Positions 1 to 11,660 of a stretch of 64,000 nt of DNA are shown piece after piece. A model generated the notes under the pieces. It was given only the letters and a program-made list of their open reading frames with translations. It had not been told where the DNA came from and ran no database searches. The position numbers and the translations under genes are program-made. The number at the start of each line of letters is the position of its first letter. Within the stretch, counting starts at the first letter, position 1. The stretch comes from Anaerolineae bacterium (lineage in GTDB: Bacteria; Chloroflexota; Anaerolineae; VGOG01), in NCBI GenBank assembly GCA_034431315.1, contig DAOUDK010000065.1, positions 8,542 to 72,541 on the forward strand, in the 5' to 3' direction.

Positions 1-61
1 TGAGATATGCCTCCTGCATCTCGTGGCCGATATCTACCTGGCGGACTGTTCCGATTTCCAT
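1..61 (-). CDS. gyrA: DNA gyrase subunit A, 5' end only (runs off window)
   Basis: ATG at 61 with GAGGAG RBS upstream. N-terminus MEIGTVRQVDIGHEMQEAYL matches the conserved GyrA start (..V.I..EM..SYLDYAM). Only 20 codons are visible. Confidence 0.4.
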   Translation of the reverse strand, partial: MEIGTVRQVDIGHEMQEAYL

Positions 62-383
62 ATCTGCACTCCTCACCCTACATCGAATCGAGAAAAGCTG
101 TGTCCTTTACTATATGCTATTTCCAGGCTTTTGTCAAACATTTGAACAACGAATCTATGGATTGAACGAATACCCAAGCTCGCGCTGCACCCTAGTCCAG
201 CGCCCCCAACACGGACTGGCGTCCGCCTGGAGCTTGCAAAGAGATTCGTTCAATCGTCGGGACTCGCTGTCAAAGGCTATCAACCAGTCCGTTGAATCCC
301 ACCCGTCCGTTGTTCCAAACAAGAAAGCGGTGACCGAATCAAACTCGATCACCGCCCTCTCCTCCAGTGGCCGTTTATTCTGA

Positions 384-3300
384 CTAGCTGGCAGCCAGGG
401 GCAACTCGGCCGCCTCTGTTTCCGGAGTGGCCAGTTCCCCAGCATCTCCCTCCACTTGCTGGATAGCCAGCTCCTCGTCAGCCTCCTCTTCCTCCTCCAA
501 TACGTCTAGCTCCTCGTCAGCCTCCTCTTCTTCCTCTTCTCCTAAGATAGCCAGTTCTCCAGTGGCTCCTCCTCTAAAAAATGCTAATCCCACATCTTCA
601 AAGGTCTCTGAAAGGATTTCGCCCTCATGTCCAGGCCGGCCCCGAAAACCCGTTCCCGCCGGGATCAGCTTGCCGATGATGACGTTCTCTTTGAGGCCAT
701 AAAGATCGTCCTGCTTGCCCTCAATGGCCGCACTAGCCAGGATTCTGATAGTATGCTGGAAGGAGGCTGCCGAAAGGAAGCTCTCGGTATTGAGGGCGGC
801 CTTGCTGATACTCAAAAGGGTCGGTTGAGCTGTGGCCTGGCGACCACCTTCAGCAGCCACTTCAGCGTTGCCCTCGGTGAAGACCCGGCGGTTCACCAGT
901 TCACCTGGCAGGAACTTGGTATCGCCCGAGGAGGTTACCACCACCCTGTTCAGCATCTTGCTGATGATTACCTCGAAATGCTTATCGTTGATGTTCACCC
1001 CCTGAGAGCGGTAGACCTTCTGAATCTCTGACAGTAAGTAGAGTTGGGTGGCCTCCCGTCCCAGGATATGCAGAAGGCGATGGGTGTTCCTGGAACCCTC
1101 CGTCAACTGCTGACCAGCCTTCACCCAATCGCCCTCCCCCACGATCAGCCGTGCCGCTGAGGGCACTTCGTATTCTCGCTCCTCTCTCCTCTCGTGGATT
1201 ACGATGATATGGCGATCCTCCCGCAAGACCCGCCCGCCCTTGTTAGCGACTTGCTCCTTCTCGCCATGCCAGCTAGCGATAGGCGTGCCATCGGCTATCT
1301 CGTCGTCGTCCTCGACCAGGACCTTCCAGCCACGCTTGATGTCGTACTCGTCGCGGAAAACCTCGCTATCAACGACCTTGATATAACGCATCCCCTCCTC
1401 GCGCCGGATCTCCACCATCCCATCAATGTCGGACATGAGGGCCTCGCCTTTGGGGTTCTTGCGAGCCTCAAAAAGCTCCTCCACTCGCGGCAGGCCGTGA
1501 GTGATGTCTATACCTGAGGCCACTCCGCCGGTGTGGAAAGTGCGCAGGGTAAGCTGGGTGCCCGGCTCGCCGATGGATTGAGCGGCCACGATTCCCACTG
1601 CGGCCCCCACTTCAACCAGCTTTCCGCGGCCCAGGTCCCGCCCATAACATTTGGCGCAGAGGCCGTACCTGAGCTGGCAGGTCATGGCCGAGCGAATGTA
1701 GACCTCCTCGATGCCAGCCGCCTCGATGGCCTCCACCTCTTCCTCCTCGATCATCTCGCCGGCAGAGACTATGATCTCGCCAGTGGCAGGGTCGGCAATT
1801 GGCCCTGCTGCGCCCCGGCCCAAGATACGCTCCCCCAGGGTCTGGCCACCCACATCGTCCGCTTTGTTAATCCAGATGCCGCCTCTGGTACCGCAGTCCT
1901 CAGCATTGATTATCGCGTCCTGAGCCGCGTCCACCAACCGTCGCGTGAGGTAGCCAGCGTCGGCAGTGCGCAGGGCGGTATCGGCCAGGCCCTTGCGCGC
2001 CCCGTGGGTGGAGATGAAGTATTCCAACGTTGACAGGCCCTCGCGGAAGTTGGAGAGGATGGGCATCTCTATGATCCGCCCCGCCGGATCGGCCATCAAA
2101 CCACGCATTCCTGCGAGCTGCCGAATGGGCTGAAAGCCCCCTTTGGTGGCACCCGACTGGGCCATCATTTGAATGGGGCCATTGGGATCAAGCGCCTGGG
2201 CCACGGCCTCGGTCACGTCATCAGTGGCCCTGGTCCAGATCTCAATCGTCTTAGTATATTTCTCATTCTCGGTCAAGAGGCCCCGACGATACTGGCGCTC
2301 CGCCTCCCTGACTTGCTCAGCCGCCTGCTCCACGATTACGCTCTTGGCCTCAGGCACGGTAAGGTCAGAGACAGCGATAGTCACGCCTGACCGGGTGGCA
2401 TACTTGAAGCCGATGTCCTTGATCCGGTCCACCAGTTCGGCGGTCGCCTCCAGACCGAGCTTTTTATAGCATTTGGCCACCAAATCCTTGACTCGCCCCT
2501 TGTCTAAAACCTCGTTCACGAAACGCAGTGCATCAGGCAGGATCTGGTTGAAAATGGCCCGGCCGACCGTGGTCTCGACAGGGTGCTTCCTGGCTGTGCG
2601 CCGCTCTCGCACGTGCATAACCTTGATCTTGGCATGCAGGTCAACCTTTCGCAGCTCGTAAGCCAGGGAGACCTCATCGAGATCGACGAAGACCTTGCCC
2701 TCACCACGGCAGCCGTCCTCTTCCAGGGTGAGATAATAGCACCCCATAACCATGTCCTTGGTAGGACTTACAATGGGCTCACCACTGGCTGGTTTGAGCA
2801 GGTTCTGCGTGGATAGGATTAGCTTTCGCGTCTCTTCCACGGCGACCTTGGATAGCGGAATGTGCACAGCCATCTGGTCGCCATCGAAGTCAGCGTTGAA
2901 GGCAGCGCAGACCAAGGGATGGATCTGGATGGCTTTGCCATCCACCAGGACAGGCTCGAAGGCCAGGACGCCCAGGCGGTGCAGGGTAGGAGCGCGGTTG
3001 AGCAATACTGGCTGATCCTTGACCACCTCTTCCAGCACCTCCCAGACCTCGGGACGTTCCCGCTCGATGAGCCGCCTGGCCCCCTTGACGTTATTGGCGT
3101 AGTTGTATTTCACCAACTTGCCGATCACAAAAGGACGATAGAGCTCCAGAGCCATGCCTCTGGGCAGACCACACTGGTGCAGCTTCAGCTTCGGGCCAGT
3201 GACGATCACCGAGCGGCCTGAGTAGTCCACGCGCTTGCCCAGCAGGTTGCGGCGGAAGCGCCCTTTCTTGCCCTTGAGCATGTCCGAGAGGGATTTCAAC

Positions 3301-4769
3301 TCCCGTTGACCACGCCGGGACCGGGCCTTGCCTCGGTAGCTGTTATCAATAAGGGAGTCAACCGCTTCCTGGAGCATGCGCTTCTCGTTGCGCACAATGA
3401 CGTCAGGCGCTCCTAGTTCCAGGAGACGCTTGAGGCGATTATTGCGGTTGATCACTCGCCGATAGAGATCGTTCAGGTCACTGGTAGCGAAGCGGCCTCC
3501 ATCCAACTGCACCATGGGCCTAAGCTCTGGCGGAATAACGGGCATCACGGTCCAGATCATCCACTCAGGGCGGTTGCCCGATTTCCGCAGAGCCTCCACT
3601 ACCTGCAACCTTTGGACCGCCCTCTTGCGGCGCTGTTTTGAACGGGTGGTTCGGACCTCGGCCCACAACTCCTTGGCCAAGACGTCCAAATCTACCCCTT
3701 TCAGGATCTCATAGAAGGCCTCAGCCCCCATGCCAGCCTTGAAGACCTGACCCCATTTGCCCTTCAGCTCCCGGTAGCGAGCCTCGTCCAGCAACTCCAT
3801 CTGGGCCAGCTCCATTAGCTCCTCGCGATCAGCCTCGGTCTTTTGCTTTAGAACCTCTATCCTCGGAGCCAACTTCGCCTGCAGGCTCTTGATCTCCTCC
3901 CCCAAAGCATGGCGCAGGCTCTCGATATCGGCTTCCACCGAAGTTATGTTCTGATCCTGTTCGACTCTGATCTGGCCCTCGATCCTACTTAACTCCTCTT
4001 GCACGACCCTGTTCAAAAGAAACAAATGCTCCGGGCCTACCAACTCGCCTGCCTCGGCGATGGTCTCCTCTGTGGGGGAGAAGATCAGAGGAACCCGCAC
4101 TTTCTTACCCTGACGGGCCTCTACCTTCGCTTGCAGAGTTTGAGCCTCTTTCACGATCCCGTCGGTGGCCGTGGCTAACTCCTCCTCCAGGCGCTGATGA
4201 GTGGCCTGCCGGCCCTCCTCCAGTTCCTCGACTTTCTCAGCCACCTCCTGCTCTAGCTCATCAATTTGCCCCTGGATCTCCTTCCCCAGGTTAGCCTGTT
4301 CCAGGGCCAACTCCTCTTCGAGACGACGAAGAGCTTTCTGCCGCGCCTCCTCGTCTACCTCGGTGATGATGTACTGAGCAAAGTAGAGGACGCGATCCAG
4401 GTGCCGCCGTGAGATGTTCAGCAGTTTCCCCATATAGCTGGGCACGCGCCGCGTATACCAGACGTGGGCCACCGGAGCTGCCAGTTCGATGTGTCCCATG
4501 CGCTCCCGCCGAACCAAGGAGCGAGTTACTTCCACCCCACATTTGTCGCAGATTATGCCCTTGTAGCGCACGTTTTTGTATTTGCCGCAATAGCACTGCC
4601 AGTCCCTGGTAGGCCCGAAGATGGCCTCGCAGAAGAGGCCGTCCTTCTCAGGCCTCAGCCGGCGGTAGTTGATGGTCTCCGGCTTGGTCACCTCACCGTA
4701 GGACCAGGAACGTATCTCGTCCGGCGAAGCCAGGCTGATGCGCAACGCGCTGAAGTCTTTTACTTCCAA
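384..4769 (-). CDS. rpoC: DNA-directed RNA polymerase subunit beta'
   Basis: Conserved beta' blocks (zinc-binding CYCGKYK...[20 protein letters not shown] catalytic motif). TTG start at about 4769 preceded by GGAGGGA. The long ORF from 4985 is an upstream extension. Acidic C-terminal tail. Confidence 0.95.
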   Translation of the reverse strand: MEVKDFSALRISLASPDEIRSWSYGEVTKPETINYRRLRPEKDGLFCEAIFGPTRDWQCYCGKYKNVRYKGIICDKCGVEVTRSLVRRERMGHIELAAPVAHVWYTRRVPSYMGKLLNISRRHLDRVLYFAQYIITEVDEEARQKALRRLEEELALEQANLGKEIQGQIDELEQEVAEKVEELEEGRQATHQRLEEELATATDGIVKEAQTLQAKVEARQGKKVRVPLIFSPTEETIAEAGELVGPEHLFLLNRVVQEELSRIEGQIRVEQDQNITSVEADIESLRHALGEEIKSLQAKLAPRIEVLKQKTEADREELMELAQMELLDEARYRELKGKWGQVFKAGMGAEAFYEILKGVDLDVLAKELWAEVRTTRSKQRRKRAVQRLQVVEALRKSGNRPEWMIWTVMPVIPPELRPMVQLDGGRFATSDLNDLYRRVINRNNRLKRLLELGAPDVIVRNEKRMLQEAVDSLIDNSYRGKARSRRGQRELKSLSDMLKGKKGRFRRNLLGKRVDYSGRSVIVTGPKLKLHQCGLPRGMALELYRPFVIGKLVKYNYANNVKGARRLIERERPEVWEVLEEVVKDQPVLLNRAPTLHRLGVLAFEPVLVDGKAIQIHPLVCAAFNADFDGDQMAVHIPLSKVAVEETRKLILSTQNLLKPASGEPIVSPTKDMVMGCYYLTLEEDGCRGEGKVFVDLDEVSLAYELRKVDLHAKIKVMHVRERRTARKHPVETTVGRAIFNQILPDALRFVNEVLDKGRVKDLVAKCYKKLGLEATAELVDRIKDIGFKYATRSGVTIAVSDLTVPEAKSVIVEQAAEQVREAERQYRRGLLTENEKYTKTIEIWTRATDDVTEAVAQALDPNGPIQMMAQSGATKGGFQPIRQLAGMRGLMADPAGRIIEMPILSNFREGLSTLEYFISTHGARKGLADTALRTADAGYLTRRLVDAAQDAIINAEDCGTRGGIWINKADDVGGQTLGERILGRGAAGPIADPATGEIIVSAGEMIEEEEVEAIEAAGIEEVYIRSAMTCQLRYGLCAKCYGRDLGRGKLVEVGAAVGIVAAQSIGEPGTQLTLRTFHTGGVASGIDITHGLPRVEELFEARKNPKGEALMSDIDGMVEIRREEGMRYIKVVDSEVFRDEYDIKRGWKVLVEDDDEIADGTPIASWHGEKEQVANKGGRVLREDRHIIVIHERREEREYEVPSAARLIVGEGDWVKAGQQLTEGSRNTHRLLHILGREATQLYLLSEIQKVYRSQGVNINDKHFEVIISKMLNRVVVTSSGDTKFLPGELVNRRVFTEGNAEVAAEGGRQATAQPTLLSISKAALNTESFLSAASFQHTIRILASAAIEGKQDDLYGLKENVIIGKLIPAGTGFRGRPGHEGEILSETFEDVGLAFFRGGATGELAILGEEEEEEADEELDVLEEEEEADEELAIQQVEGDAGELATPETEAAELPLAAS

Positions 4770-5665
4770 GGTGTCCCTCCTGATTGGATATTGGATATTA
4801 GATATTTGGCGGTGGTCTCCATACAGCGATGGCCCAACAGGCGCGACACGAGCGAAATATCTCCCGTATCCGCCAAGGTGGACATAGCAAAGGTATGCCG
4901 TAGGACGTGGGCCGATACATCCTCCAGGCCAGCAGCTTGGGTGTAGACATGTATCAGCCGCTGCACCGTGCGCTTGGAAATGCAATTTCCGTCCTGACTG
5001 AGGAACAAGTTTTCGGTGCTAGTCGAAGGGGATCGGATCTGCAAATAATCCTGCAAGGCGGCACAGGCCAGGGAATTGAGGGGGATTTGGCGGCGCTTAC
5101 TGCCATCGCCGCCGCGAGGGTTTCCGCCTCCCACCAGTAACAAGCCCTCTCCATTGCCCGGCAGTTGGACATCGGACAAGCGCAATTCTGTCAACTCTCC
5201 CAGCTTGATCCCAGTTTGGAGCAACAACTGGACGATAGCGTAGTCGCGCTTGACCAGGCTGGGCCGCCCTCCTTGTACCGCCTGAAGAAGGCCGGCGACC
5301 TCCTCAGAAGCCAGGGCGCGAGGCGGATCTGGCCCAGGCCTCAGAATCAACCGCACCCCGGATGCAGGATTGCTCTCCGTCAGGCCAGTTTCCATGGCAA
5401 AGCTGTAGAATTTGCGAACGGCCTGCAGCCGCCGATTGATCGTGGCGGGGGTCCATCCTTCGTTGGTCTGCATGTGACGGCGATATTCCCGGATGTCGTC
5501 GGGCATCAACTTCAACAGGGAATCTGCCGCCCCCTTGACACCAGCGTGCCAACGAGCAAAGGTCCTCAGGTCGGCCAGGTAGTTGACAATGGTTGTTGAT
5601 GCCAAAGCCGACCGCGCCAAGTGCTCTTCAAATCGGGTCAACAGTTCTTCGACGTTCTCAGCCAC
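4760..5665 (-). CDS. tyrosine recombinase XerC/XerD-like
   Basis: HVLRHTFA and LLGH...TTAKYLI catalytic box, N-terminal core-binding domain. Its 3' end carries the rpoC RBS. Confidence 0.8.
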   Translation of the reverse strand: MAENVEELLTRFEEHLARSALASTTIVNYLADLRTFARWHAGVKGAADSLLKLMPDDIREYRRHMQTNEGWTPATINRRLQAVRKFYSFAMETGLTESNPASGVRLILRPGPDPPRALASEEVAGLLQAVQGGRPSLVKRDYAIVQLLLQTGIKLGELTELRLSDVQLPGNGEGLLLVGGGNPRGGDGSKRRQIPLNSLACAALQDYLQIRSPSTSTENLFLSQDGNCISKRTVQRLIHVYTQAAGLEDVSAHVLRHTFAMSTLADTGDISLVSRLLGHRCMETTAKYLISNIQSGGTPWK

Positions 5666-5785
5666 TAGCCCATACCTCTGGTCTCCATAAGCGCAAAAAG
5701 AGCGACTGAGATTGCAACTCCCATCGCTCTGAGACCATCATGGTCGTTTTATACGCAATAATTATACGCCTTTCAGCCGAAATTG

Positions 5786-6893
5786 TCAAATCGCTTCGAC
5801 GCCCACTATTGACCGCAGGTAGGTTTCAATGAAACCGTCCAAGCCCCCATCAAGAACTGCTTCGGCGTTGCCCGTTTCGTGGCCAGTACGCAAATCCTTG
5901 ACCATTTTGTAGGGGTGCAGCACGTAGGAACGGATCTGGTTGCCCCAGCCAGCCTCGACGTGCTTGCCTTTGAGGCGCGACTGTTCCGCCTCCCGCTTCT
6001 CTTGCTCCAGATCGAAGAGACGGGCCCGCAGGATCTTCATGGCCGTCTCCCGATTCTGGGCCTGCGAGCGCTCGTTCTGGCAAGTGGCAATTATTCCCGT
6101 CGGCAAGTGAGTGATGCGCACTGCCGAGCTGGTCTTCTGCATGTGCTGCCCGCCTGGCCCGCTGGAGCGGAAGGTGTCAATCCGCAAGTCATCAGGCTTT
6201 ATGTCCACTTCGATGCCCTCCCCGATGTCGGGCCAGACCTCCACCAGGGCAAAGGAAGTATGCCGCCGGTGAGCAGCGTCAAAGGGGGAAAGGCGCACCA
6301 GGCGGTGGACGCCTCTCTCCGCCTTCAGATGGCCATAGGCATGATCTCCTTCAATACTGACGATAGCCCTTTTCAGGCCTGCTTCCTCACCCGACATGCT
6401 GTCCAGGATGCTGGTCTTGTAGCCGCGTCGCTCGGCCCAGCGCAGATACATCCTGAGCAGCATCTCCGCCCAATCCTGGGCCTCGGTGCCACCCGCCCCG
6501 GCGTGGATGGCGAGGATGGCGTCGCCCTTGTCGTGGGGACCTGAGAAGATCAACCAGAACTCTAGTCGCTCCAACTCAGCCTCAATGGTCTCGACTTCGC
6601 CGGCTATGTCGCCAGCCATAGCCTCGTCCTCATCGGCGATGGCCAAATCGAGGAGAATCTCAGCATCGGCCACCCGCCCTGTCAGTCCCGTCCAGGTCTC
6701 TACCTCCTCATTGAGAGAGGCCAGCTTCCGCATCGCGGCCTGGGCTTCATCCGAGTGCTCCCAGAAATCGGGCTTGGCCGCCTGCCGCTCCAGCCGCGTT
6801 ATCTCCTGCTCTTTGCTGGCCAGGTCAAAGACGCTCCTTCATCTGTTTGATGCGCTGCTGCAACCCGTTTAGCTTGCTCTTCAGTTCTTCCAT
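5786..6893 (-). CDS. prfB: peptide chain release factor 2 with programmed +1 frameshift
   Basis: Frame 0: ATG at 6893, 22 codons (MEELKSKLNGLQQRIKQMKERL) ending in CTT TGA C at about 6830-6824 with AGGAG just upstream. The +1 frame continues DLASKEQEIT... into ORF 5786..6733 with the SPF and GGQ motifs. Confidence 0.9.
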
Positions 6894-6914
6894 AGCTGCT
6901 CACCTCCCGAATTC

Positions 6915-6995
6915 TCTCGGACACGAGTAACGAGTCAACGAGTACCGAGTTAACGAGTAACCCGTTGCCTCATTGCCTCATCCCTCGTTGCCTCA
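6915..6995. repeat. tandem heptamer/octamer array (AACGAGT x5, then TTGCCTCAT x3-4) in the prfB leader
   Basis: Direct reading of the intergenic sequence between the ftsY stop and the prfB start. Confidence 0.7.
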
Positions 6996-6998
6996 TTC

Positions 6999-7913
6999 CT
7001 ACTCACCGAACAACCCCTCCACAAAGGCCTGGGCGTCGAATTCAGCCATGTCCTCCATGCCTTCGCCAGTGCCCACGAAGCGGATGGGCAGGCCCAGTTC
7101 CCTGGCAATGGCGAAGACAACACCACCCTTGGCTGTGCCATCCAGCTTGGCCAAAAAGATGCCTGTCACCCCCACATCGTCTTTGAAGTGCCTGGCCTGG
7201 GCGAGGGCATTCTGCCCAGTGGTGGCATCCAGCACCAGGAGGGTTTCGTGGGGCGCGTCGTGGACTTGCTTGGCCGCCACGCCTCGCACCTTCTTGAGCT
7301 CCTGCATCAGGTTGTACTTGGTGTGCAGACGGCCAGCCGTGTCCACGATGAGTATATCCGCCCCACGAGATCGAGCGGCCCGGATAGCGTCGTAGACCAC
7401 AGCCCCCGGATCGGCCCCCGGCTGATGGGCGATGACGTCACAGCCAGCTCGCTGGCCCCAGATCTTGAGCTGATCAATGGCCGCCGCTCGGAAAGTGTCG
7501 GCCGCGCCGAAGATGACTTTTCTGCCCTGCTCCCGATAGTAATGCGCCAGTTTGGCGATGCTGGTGGTCTTGCCCGAACCATTGGCCCCCACCACCAGGA
7601 CGACCGTGAGCAAGCGCGGCTCATTGATGCTCGAGGGAAGTCTGCCATCCAACGTGGCTACCAGCTCCTCTTTTAGCATCCCCTCCACGGCTCTGGCATC
7701 ACGCACCCGCTCTTGGACGACGCGCTCTCGCAGCCTTTCCACAAGCTCAACTGTGGTGTTCACCCCAACGTCGGCCTGGATCAGGAGCTCCTCCAGTTCC
7801 TCCCACAGCTCCTCAGTGACATCGTTGGCCCCAAACAGACCAGCGACCCGCCCGAAAAAAGACTGGCGGGTGCGCGTCAAGCTGTCTTTTATCTTTCTCG
7901 AACGACCGAACAT
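6999..7913 (-). CDS. ftsY: signal recognition particle receptor FtsY
   Basis: SRP GTPase motifs ([15 protein letters not shown]). ATG at 7913 ([10 protein letters not shown]) with GGAGGT RBS. Confidence 0.9.
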   Translation of the reverse strand: MFGRSRKIKDSLTRTRQSFFGRVAGLFGANDVTEELWEELEELLIQADVGVNTTVELVERLRERVVQERVRDARAVEGMLKEELVATLDGRLPSSINEPRLLTVVLVVGANGSGKTTSIAKLAHYYREQGRKVIFGAADTFRAAAIDQLKIWGQRAGCDVIAHQPGADPGAVVYDAIRAARSRGADILIVDTAGRLHTKYNLMQELKKVRGVAAKQVHDAPHETLLVLDATTGQNALAQARHFKDDVGVTGIFLAKLDGTAKGGVVFAIARELGLPIRFVGTGEGMEDMAEFDAQAFVEGLFGE

Positions 7914-7935
7914 GACCAGGTTTACCTCCAGCGAT

Positions 7936-7964
7936 ATTATACTACAAAGAGGCAATTATGACAA
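7936..7964 (-). promoter_or_regulatory. sigma70-like promoter for ftsY (TTGTCA-17-TATAAT)
   Basis: Reverse complement shows TTGTCA, a 17-nt spacer and TATAAT about 20 nt upstream of the ftsY RBS. Confidence 0.4.
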
Positions 7965-8004
7965 AGATGAGCGCGACCAGACGACGCCGATGGTGTTGTC
8001 ATTC

Positions 8005-8033
8005 TTGAGTAAAAAGGATACTTGTGGTATAAT
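8005..8033 (+). promoter_or_regulatory. sigma70-like promoter for the moaC operon (TTGAGT-17-TGgTATAAT)
   Basis: TTGAGT at 8005, 17-nt spacer, extended -10 TGGTATAAT ending about 20 nt before the moaC ATG. Confidence 0.45.
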
Positions 8034-8053
8034 CTCGTTCGGGAGGATCCCAC

Positions 8054-8527
8054 ATGCAGTTGACACATCTGGATGAGAAAGGCCGCGCCCGCATGGTGGA
8101 CGTGGGTGGCAAGCCCGACACCAAACGGGTGGCGGTGGCCACGGGCGAGATCACCATGCGTTCAGAGACGCTGGCCCTGATCCAGGAGCGAGGCATACCC
8201 AAAGGCGATGTCCTGGCCGTGGCCCAGGTGGCTGGCATCATGGCCGCCAAGCGCACCCACGCCCTGATCCCCATGTGCCATCCCTTGCTCCTGACCCACG
8301 TGGCCGTCGAGTTCGCACCCCACGAGGCGGAGCACCTGATCGAGATCACCGCCACGGTGAAGACCACGGGCAAGACGGGCGTGGAAATCGAAGCCCTGAC
8401 CGCCGTCGCCGTGGCCGCGCTGACCATCTACGACATGTGCAAGGCCGTGGATCGAGCCATGCACATCACCAACATCCGCCTGGTCCGCAAGAGCGGAGGC
8501 AAGAGCGGGGAGATACTACTGGAGTAA
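8054..8527 (+). CDS. moaC: cyclic pyranopterin monophosphate synthase MoaC
   Basis: Full-length match to the MoaC family ([16 protein letters not shown]). Confidence 0.9.
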   Translation: MQLTHLDEKGRARMVDVGGKPDTKRVAVATGEITMRSETLALIQERGIPKGDVLAVAQVAGIMAAKRTHALIPMCHPLLLTHVAVEFAPHEAEHLIEITATVKTTGKTGVEIEALTAVAVAALTIYDMCKAVDRAMHITNIRLVRKSGGKSGEILLE

Positions 8528-8538
8528 AGGTCGTAGCT

Positions 8539-8748
8539 ATGCGCATAGATCAGCAAATCGCCCTTTACGAAGAACAAGCGAGGGCTTTCGAAGCAAAGCA
8601 TGGAATGACTTTCGAGGAATATACCCATGATCTGAGGAGAAGGGCCTCGATTGCGGAGGAAGATGAATGGATGGATTGGGAAAAGGCGCTGGTCTTCTTA
8701 AGAAAGTGGAAAAAGATAAAGAAGCAGATAGGCATAGAAGGACAATGA
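8539..8748 (+). CDS. hypothetical small protein (70 aa)
   Basis: ATG at 8539; the stop overlaps the ATG of the next gene (ATGA). No recognisable family. Confidence 0.4.
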   Translation: MRIDQQIALYEEQARAFEAKHGMTFEEYTHDLRRRASIAEEDEWMDWEKALVFLRKWKKIKKQIGIEGQ

Positions 8749-9185
8749 AGGGAACTATCGTCGCCGTCTGCACCAGCAACAAGAAAGGTATACGCAAAAA
8801 CAACGTGGGGGAAGCCGAGTTGAAAGTGGATTGGGGCATCGCTGGCGACGCCCACGCCGACGACTGGCACCGCCAGGTGAGCCTGCTGGCCCTGGAGAGC
8901 ATTGAGAAGATGCGCGCCCTGGGCCTTAACGTCGGACCGGGCAGCTTCGCCGAGAACCTCACCACTCAGGGCCTGAACCTCCTCTCCCTGCCCCTCGGCT
9001 CGCAGGTGCGAGTCGGTGACGAGGTCATACTGGAAATCACCCAGCACGGCAAGATCTGCCACGACCGCTGCGCCATCTACCAACAGGTCGGCGATTGCGT
9101 CATGCCCCGCGAGGGCATCTTCGCCAAAGTTATCAGGGGCGGCCAGATCAGGACAAACGACGCAATCGAGAGCATACAGCCATGA
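8745..9185 (+). CDS. MOSC domain protein
   Basis: MOSC/YiiM-like beta-barrel sequence. ATG at 8745 coupled to the upstream stop; its stop overlaps the thrC ATG. Confidence 0.65.
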   Translation: MKGTIVAVCTSNKKGIRKNNVGEAELKVDWGIAGDAHADDWHRQVSLLALESIEKMRALGLNVGPGSFAENLTTQGLNLLSLPLGSQVRVGDEVILEITQHGKICHDRCAIYQQVGDCVMPREGIFAKVIRGGQIRTNDAIESIQP

Positions 9186-10297
9186 ACCTGCGATGCTTAT
9201 CCTGCCAACGTACTTATCCTCAAGACACCCACCAATGGCGCTGCGAGTGCGGCGGCGTCTTCAAGCTGGAGGGCACGCCTGGCTTCGCCAAAGATGAGAT
9301 TGAGGCGGGCGATTTCAGCCTGTGGCGCTATCGGGCCATGCTGCCGGTGGGGCATGAAGAAGGTGTCATCTCCCTGGGCGAAGGCCTCACCCCCCTGGTC
9401 GAAACCCAGGTTTATGGCACCAGGATCCACTGCAAGCTGGAGTTCCTGGCTCCCACGGGGTCTTTCAAAGACCGGGGCACAGCGGTGTTGATCAACGTGC
9501 TGAGAGGGTTGGGGGTGAAGAGAGTGGTGGATGACTCCTCGGGCAACGCGGGGGCCAGCCTGGCCGCCTACGCCGCCCGGGGCGGAATAGAAGCCGAGAT
9601 ATACGTCCCAGCCTACGCTTCACCAAACAAGCTCGCCCAGATCGCCGTCTACGGAGCAAAGCTGGTGAAAGTGGAAGGGCCACGCGAGAGAGCTGCCCAG
9701 GCCGCTCAGGAGGCAGCCGCTCAAGGCGCTTACTACGCCAGCCACTACTACAATCCCTTCACTCTGGAGGGCCTGAAGACCATCGCCTACGAGATTTGGG
9801 AGCAACTGAGCTATCGAGCTCCCGACAACCTGGTTCTGCCCGTCGGCCAGGGCACTCTGCTGCTGGGAGCCTACCGCGGCTTCAAGCACCTGCTGGCCGC
9901 CGGCCTGATCGAAAAGCTGCCCCGCCTCTTCGCTGTCCAGGCTGAGCCCTGCGCTCCCCTGCACGAAGCCTACCAACGGGGGCTGGATGATGCCTTCCCC
10001 ATCGAAAAGAACGAGACCGTCGCTGAGGGCATCAGCACCGCTCGGCCCGTGCGAGGCCGCCAGATCTTAGCCGCGGTGCGGGAGACTGGCGGCGCTGTGC
10101 TGGCCGTGAGCGACGAGGAGACGCTGCGCGCCCGTGACCAGTTGGCCCGGCGCGGGCTTTATGTCGAGCCAACCTCGGCGGTGGCCATCGCTGCGCTGCT
10201 GCGACTCCGCGGTCTCATCAGGCTTGAGGAGATTACCATTGTCCCATTGACCGGGAGCGGCCTCAAGAGCCAAGCGAAAGCCATATCCAATGGGTAG
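9182..10297 (+). CDS. thrC: threonine synthase-like PLP enzyme with N-terminal zinc ribbon
   Basis: PTGSFKDRG PLP-lysine motif, N-terminal CxxC...CxC ribbon. Start MNLRCLSC at 9182. Confidence 0.8.
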   Translation: MNLRCLSCQRTYPQDTHQWRCECGGVFKLEGTPGFAKDEIEAGDFSLWRYRAMLPVGHEEGVISLGEGLTPLVETQVYGTRIHCKLEFLAPTGSFKDRGTAVLINVLRGLGVKRVVDDSSGNAGASLAAYAARGGIEAEIYVPAYASPNKLAQIAVYGAKLVKVEGPRERAAQAAQEAAAQGAYYASHYYNPFTLEGLKTIAYEIWEQLSYRAPDNLVLPVGQGTLLLGAYRGFKHLLAAGLIEKLPRLFAVQAEPCAPLHEAYQRGLDDAFPIEKNETVAEGISTARPVRGRQILAAVRETGGAVLAVSDEETLRARDQLARRGLYVEPTSAVAIAALLRLRGLIRLEEITIVPLTGSGLKSQAKAISNG

Positions 10298-10394
10298 CAG
10301 GCCAATCGCATTGGCCGTCTTGGGCCGAATACCGCCCAACTTGGTTGGGCTGCTACCCTTTTCCGAGAGAACTCCCAAGCGAAAGGAGATTGAA

Positions 10395-11645
10395 ATGAGC
10401 AAGGAGAGCAATCGAGTGGTGATCACGGGCATGGGAACTATCAACCCCCTGGGTCTCAATGTGGAGACCACCTGGCGGAACCTGTTGGCAGGCAAATCGG
10501 GGGCGGGGCGCCTCACCCATTTCGACCCCTCGCCCTTTTTGACCCAGATCGCCTGCGAGGTCAAGGACTTCGATCCCGAAGATTACATGAGCCGCAAGGA
10601 TGCCCGGCGTCTAAATCGTTACATACAATTCGCCATCGCTTCCACGGCCCAGGCCCTGGAGCAGGCGGGGCTCACCATTGATGAGCGCAACGCCGACGAC
10701 GTGGGCGTGATCATCGGATCTGGGATAGGCGGGCTTCCGACCATGGATAAGGGCTATCACGATCTCTTCACGAAGGGCCCCATGCGGGTCAGTCCTTTGA
10801 CTGGCCCTATGATGATCGCCAACATGGCAGCGGGGCAGGTAGCCATCACCTTCGGCGCGGCAGGGCCTAACTTCTGCATCGTCGCGGCCTGCGCCACTGG
10901 CAGCAACGTCATCGGCGAAGCCTTCGAACTCATCCGCCGAGGCGACGCCGTGGCCGTCATCGCTGGGGGCAGCGAGGCCCCGTTCGTGCCCCTCGGGATG
11001 GCTGCCTTCCACCGCACGGGTGCGCTCTCGCGGCGCAACGATGAGCCAAAACGAGCCAGCCGCCCCTTCGACGCTCAGCGCGATGGCTTCGTATTCGCGG
11101 AAGGCGCAGCCATCCTGATCCTGGAAAGCCTGGAGTATGCCCTGAGCCGTGGGGCAGAACCATTGGCCGAAATGGTTGGCTATGGAGCCACCTCCGACGC
11201 CTTTCACATCAGCGCTCCGGCCGAGGATGGAAGGGGCGCCGCCAAGGCCATGAAGAGGGCCTTGAAGAAAGCTGGTCTGGAGCCAACGGACGTGGATTAC
11301 ATCAACGCCCACGGCACCTCGACGATCCTCAACGACGTGATGGAGACCAAGGCCTTCAAGACCGTTTTCGGCGACTACGCCTACCAGGTCCCCATCAGCT
11401 CCACCAAGTCCATGACCGGCCACCTCATGGGCGCGGCTGGGGCCCTGGAAGCCATAGTGTGCGTCAAGACCATCCAGGAAGGCATCATCCATCCCACCAT
11501 TAACTACGAGTATCCCGACCCTGAGTGCGATCTGGACTACGTGCCCAACGTAGCTCGCCCCGCTGACGTCAAGGTAGCCCTCTCCAACTCCTTCGGCTTC
11601 GGAGGGCACAATGCGACCATTGTCATCAAGGTATACGAGCTGTGA
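10395..11645 (+). CDS. fabF: 3-oxoacyl-ACP synthase II
   Basis: KAS II motifs (active-site Cys in AACATGS, HGTST, GHLMGAAG). ATG at 10395 after GAAAGGAG. Confidence 0.9.
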   Translation: MSKESNRVVITGMGTINPLGLNVETTWRNLLAGKSGAGRLTHFDPSPFLTQIACEVKDFDPEDYMSRKDARRLNRYIQFAIASTAQALEQAGLTIDERNADDVGVIIGSGIGGLPTMDKGYHDLFTKGPMRVSPLTGPMMIANMAAGQVAITFGAAGPNFCIVAACATGSNVIGEAFELIRRGDAVAVIAGGSEAPFVPLGMAAFHRTGALSRRNDEPKRASRPFDAQRDGFVFAEGAAILILESLEYALSRGAEPLAEMVGYGATSDAFHISAPAEDGRGAAKAMKRALKKAGLEPTDVDYINAHGTSTILNDVMETKAFKTVFGDYAYQVPISSTKSMTGHLMGAAGALEAIVCVKTIQEGIIHPTINYEYPDPECDLDYVPNVARPADVKVALSNSFGFGGHNATIVIKVYEL

Positions 11646-11660
11646 AACGTGTAAAACGTA

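Noticed and set aside
114-383. ORFs 114..383 (+) and 155..445 (-) between the gyrA start and the rpoC end
   Set aside because: Low-complexity translation, no RBS, and the region is the gyrA promoter/leader. Intergenic.
427-4946. Many ORFs of 60-170 aa in other frames inside rpoC (e.g. 1533..2033, 2862..3221, 4464..4946)
   Set aside because: High-GC alternative-frame artefacts inside a strongly conserved gene, with Ala/Arg/Pro-rich translations.
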